DNA of 32,000 nucleotides from Okeania sp. (GTDB lineage Bacteria; Cyanobacteriota; Cyanobacteriia; Cyanobacteriales; Microcoleaceae): NCBI RefSeq assembly GCF_035285525.1, contig NZ_JAYKGW010000012.1, positions 3,798 to 35,797 of the forward strand, read 5' to 3'. Shown piece by piece: positions 29,362 to 32,000 of this stretch (position 1 is its first letter; each line of letters starts with the position of its first letter). The notes under the pieces were generated by a model. It saw only the letters and a program-made list of their open reading frames with translations, ran no database searches and was not told where the DNA came from. The position numbers and the translations under genes were made by a program.

Positions 29362-31305
29362 ATGAACATTCTAGGAATTTCAGCTTATTATCACGACAGT
29401 GCTGCTGCCCTTGTCTGCGATGGCAAAATTATCGCTGCTGCTCAAGAGGAAAGATTTTCTCGAAAAAAACATGATGCCAGATTTCCTCAAAATGCTATTT
29501 CTTATTGTCTAAAAGAAGCTAATATCGAATTACTCGACTTAGACAAAATCGTTTTCTATGACAAACCATTAGTTAAATTTGAGCGACTCCTGGAAACTTA
29601 CCTCAGTTATGCTCCCAAAGGTTTTCGCTCCTTTCTGATGGCAATGCCGATTTGGTTAAAAGAAAAATTATATCTGAAAACCCTATTAAGAAAAGAATTA
29701 GCAAAATTAGGTAACTGTAAAAAACCCCATCTTCCCCAACTGATGTTTACCGAACATCATCAAGCTCATGCAGCTTCCGCATTTTTCCCTAGTCCCTTCG
29801 ATCGCGCTGCCGTAATGTGTCTCGATGGAGTCGGTGAATGGGCAACAACTTCGGTTTGGTTAGGAGAAGGAAATAAACTGACTCCCCAGTGGGAAATTGA
29901 TTTTCCGCACTCCTTGGGTTTGCTCTATTCAGCTTTTACTTATTACACAGGTTTCAAGGTAAACTCTGGGGAATACAAACTTATGGGTTTGGCTCCCTAC
30001 GGAGAACCTAATTATGTAGATTTGATTTTAAATAATCTGATAGATTTAAAAGCTGATGGTACTTTCCGGTTAAATATGGAATATTTCAATTACACAACTG
30101 GTTTGACAATGACTAATGAGAAATTTGACAAATTGTTTGGCGGTTCTCCTCGCAAAGCAGAAACTAAAATTAGTCAACGGGAAATGGATATTGCTGCTTC
30201 TATTCAAAGAGTGACTGAGGAAGTAGTGTTGCGTCTGAGTCGAACCGTGCAAAAAGAACTAAATGTTGAGAATCTTTGTTTGGCAGGGGGAGTTGCTCTC
30301 AATTGTGTGGCGAATGGTAAAATTTTACGGGAAAATATTTTTAAAGATATTTGGATTCAACCTGCTGCTGGAGATGCTGGTGGTGCGTTGGGTGCTGCTT
30401 TAGCTATTTGGTACGAATATTGCGATGGAGGTAGGGACGTTGATAGTAAGGATGTTGATAGTAAGGACGTTGATAGTAAGGACGTTGATAGTAAGGACGT
30501 TGATAGTAAGGACGTCCCTACGGATGTGGAAAAATCTCTTGTTCGCGCTCCTAATGATATGATGCAAGGAGCTTATCTCGGACCGAAATTTGCAGATGAC
30601 GAGATTCGAGAATATCTCGATGCTATTCAGGCAAAATATGAATATTTGCCAGATTCGGAGTTGATGCCACGGTTAGCAGAAATTTTAAATAATGGTAACG
30701 TTATCGGATGGTTTCAAGGTAGGATGGAGTTCGGTCCCCGCGCTTTGGGAGGGCGGTCTATTATTGGCGATCCCCGGAATACCAAGATGCAGTCAGTGAT
30801 GAATTTGAAGATTAAGTATCGGGAGTCTTTTCGACCTTTTGCACCTTCCGTTTTAGCAGAACGAGTTTCAGATTATTTTGATATTGAACATTCTAGTCCT
30901 TATATGTTGTTAGTAGCTCCAGTGCAGGAGAATTTGTTAATTCCGATGACAGAGGAACAAAAGCAGTTGTTTGGGATTGAGAAATTAAATGTACCGCGAT
31001 CGGAAATTCCGGCAATTACTCATGTAGATTATTCAGCGAGGATTCAAACTGTGCATCAAGAGACTAATGCGAGGTATTATGAATTGATTCGGCATTTTGA
31101 GAAATTGACCGGATGTGGGGTGATAGTGAATACATCTTTTAATGTGCGGGGGGAACCCATTGTTGGTACGCCCGAAGATGCTTATCGGTGTTTTATGCGA
31201 ACAGAGATGGATTATTTGGTAGTGGAGAACTTTTTGATGGCGAAGACTGAGCAGATTCCTTGGGAAAAAGATGAATCTTGGAAACAGGAATTTGAATTAG
31301 ATTAA
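29362..31305 (+). CDS. Carbamoyltransferase, NodU/CmcH/SxtI-type (647 aa)
   Basis: The protein has MNILGISAYYHDSAAALVCDGKIIAAAQEERFSRKKHD at its N-terminus, then LDGVGEW, LAGGVALNCVANG, QPAAGDAGGALGAA, FGPRALGGRSIIGDPR, FRPFAPSVL and VNTSFN.RGEPIV. Both the N- and C-terminal carbamoyltransferase domains are present. Confidence 0.92.
   Translation: MNILGISAYYHDSAAALVCDGKIIAAAQEERFSRKKHDARFPQNAISYCLKEANIELLDLDKIVFYDKPLVKFERLLETYLSYAPKGFRSFLMAMPIWLKEKLYLKTLLRKELAKLGNCKKPHLPQLMFTEHHQAHAASAFFPSPFDRAAVMCLDGVGEWATTSVWLGEGNKLTPQWEIDFPHSLGLLYSAFTYYTGFKVNSGEYKLMGLAPYGEPNYVDLILNNLIDLKADGTFRLNMEYFNYTTGLTMTNEKFDKLFGGSPRKAETKISQREMDIAASIQRVTEEVVLRLSRTVQKELNVENLCLAGGVALNCVANGKILRENIFKDIWIQPAAGDAGGALGAALAIWYEYCDGGRDVDSKDVDSKDVDSKDVDSKDVDSKDVPTDVEKSLVRAPNDMMQGAYLGPKFADDEIREYLDAIQAKYEYLPDSELMPRLAEILNNGNVIGWFQGRMEFGPRALGGRSIIGDPRNTKMQSVMNLKIKYRESFRPFAPSVLAERVSDYFDIEHSSPYMLLVAPVQENLLIPMTEEQKQLFGIEKLNVPRSEIPAITHVDYSARIQTVHQETNARYYELIRHFEKLTGCGVIVNTSFNVRGEPIVGTPEDAYRCFMRTEMDYLVVENFLMAKTEQIPWEKDESWKQEFELD
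30436..30516 (+). repeat. In-frame 15-bp tandem repeat (GAYGTTGATAGTAAG) x5.4 encoding (DVDSK)5
   Basis: The units are 30436-30450, 30451-30465, 30466-30480, 30481-30495 and 30496-30510, plus a partial gacgtc. The only difference among copies is one C/T. Confidence 0.95.
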
Positions 31306-31379
31306 AGTTGTAGTCAGCAGGGTGTGTTACATTTCATTAACGCGCCCTTAATTAAGGACAGAGAGGTTCTGCTAAAAAG

Positions 31380-31580
31380 ATGGAATTCTTTGAATATTTT
31401 GCACAAGCTCAGTTAGAAGCTTTAAAAGATAGAGAAAAACAAATCATCGAGTTAAGATATGGGCTTACAGGAGACAAACCTATGACTCTAGCTTCCATTG
31501 GTGAAGTTTTTGGTATTTCTAGAGAACGAATTCGCCAAATTTTAGATAAGGCTCATAGAAAAATTCGTAGTAAAGGGTAA
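31380..31580 (+). CDS. Stand-alone sigma-70 region-4 (HTH) mini-protein, 66 aa
   Basis: LKDREKQIIELRYGLTGDKPMTLASIGEVFGISRERIRQILDKAHRKIR is a canonical region 4.1/4.2 (-35 recognition HTH). There is no region 2 or 3 upstream in any frame. Confidence 0.7.
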   Translation: MEFFEYFAQAQLEALKDREKQIIELRYGLTGDKPMTLASIGEVFGISRERIRQILDKAHRKIRSKG

Positions 31581-31642
31581 ATAACAGCTTGACATAACCT
31601 ATGATTATCTATTATAATGTGTAAATATCTATATTTCATCTT

Positions 31643-31942
31643 ATGCTACTAGGATTCAAAACTGAGTTACACCCCACAAATCAGCAAAAAACCTTATTGG
31701 CTAAACACGCGCTTTGTAGCTCGTCATGCCTGGAATTGGGGATTATGGCTTACCAGAAACATCCTTAATCACAATTCTAGTCATCCTGATAGTAAACTTA
31801 AATTTCCTACTGCTGTTGATCTGCATAAACTTTTAGTAGCAATGGTCAAACCTAAAAACTATTGGTACTATGAAGGTATCCGCTCAATAAATTGGGGTAA
31901 GAAGAGAAAAAGTACAGCTAGTATTGTAAAATATCATCCATG
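31643..31942 (+). pseudogene. tnpB: N-terminal remnant of an IS200/IS605-family TnpB (OrfB), frameshifted and truncated
   Basis: MLLGFKTELHPTNQQKTLLAKHA, then after a +1 shift near 31712, FVARHAWNWGLWLTRNILNHNSSHPDSKLKFPTAVDLHKLLVAMVKPKNYWYYE. This is the characteristic TnpB N-terminus. Unrelated sequence and a stop follow at 31940-31942. The RuvC and Zn-finger parts are absent from the window. Confidence 0.65.
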
Positions 31943-32000
31943 ACGCCAAAAATATCATCATCAAAATTAGTGGCTACATTACTGCAATCAATTGCTCGAG

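Noticed and set aside
29289..29474. 61-aa ORF overlapping the carbamoyltransferase start
   Set aside because: It is an out-of-frame overlap with a strongly supported CDS. It is Cys/Arg-rich with nonsense composition.

Overview
The window is chromosomal DNA from a filamentous, probably heterocyst-forming cyanobacterium (Nostocales-like). This call rests on AT-rich sequence, more than 10 HIP1 octamers (GCGATCGC), many short tandem repeats in intergenic DNA, and a dense load of MITE-like dispersed repeats. Well-supported housekeeping genes are leuA, a groES-groEL operon with a perfect CIRCE operator and an upstream K-box-like motif, putA, a ccmK3-ccmK4 carboxysome shell satellite locus, a NarL/LuxR-type response regulator, a LabA-like NYN protein and a thioredoxin-like [2Fe-2S] ferredoxin. 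Decayed genes include a Uma2 endonuclease frameshifted at an A9 run, an IS4/IS701-like insertion sequence with about 97-bp inverted ends, phnK'/phnL' remnants of a C-P lyase operon, and a TnpB N-terminal remnant. The most interesting region is 23.8-31.3 kb. All on the + strand, it holds an SxtJ-family membrane protein, an abutting 54-aa SxtK-like (DUF5989) peptide that the ORF track misses, two tandem paralogous membrane-anchored SGNH/GDSL-type hydrolases, a decayed third membrane-anchored ORF, and a NodU/CmcH-type carbamoyltransferase. I interpret this as a functionally uncharacterised envelope-directed carbamoylation/acyl-modification module that is not part of a saxitoxin cluster. About 0.95 kb of nested MITEs splits it, and the carbamoyltransferase carries an in-frame 15-bp tandem repeat encoding (DVDSK)5. 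Other points of note are a 933-aa TPR protein with near-identical 204-bp internal repeats and an unassigned C-terminal domain, a stand-alone sigma-70 region-4 mini-protein, and a CIRCE-half-site hairpin inside an unusually long groES-groEL spacer. I found no rRNA genes, tRNA genes or CRISPR arrays.
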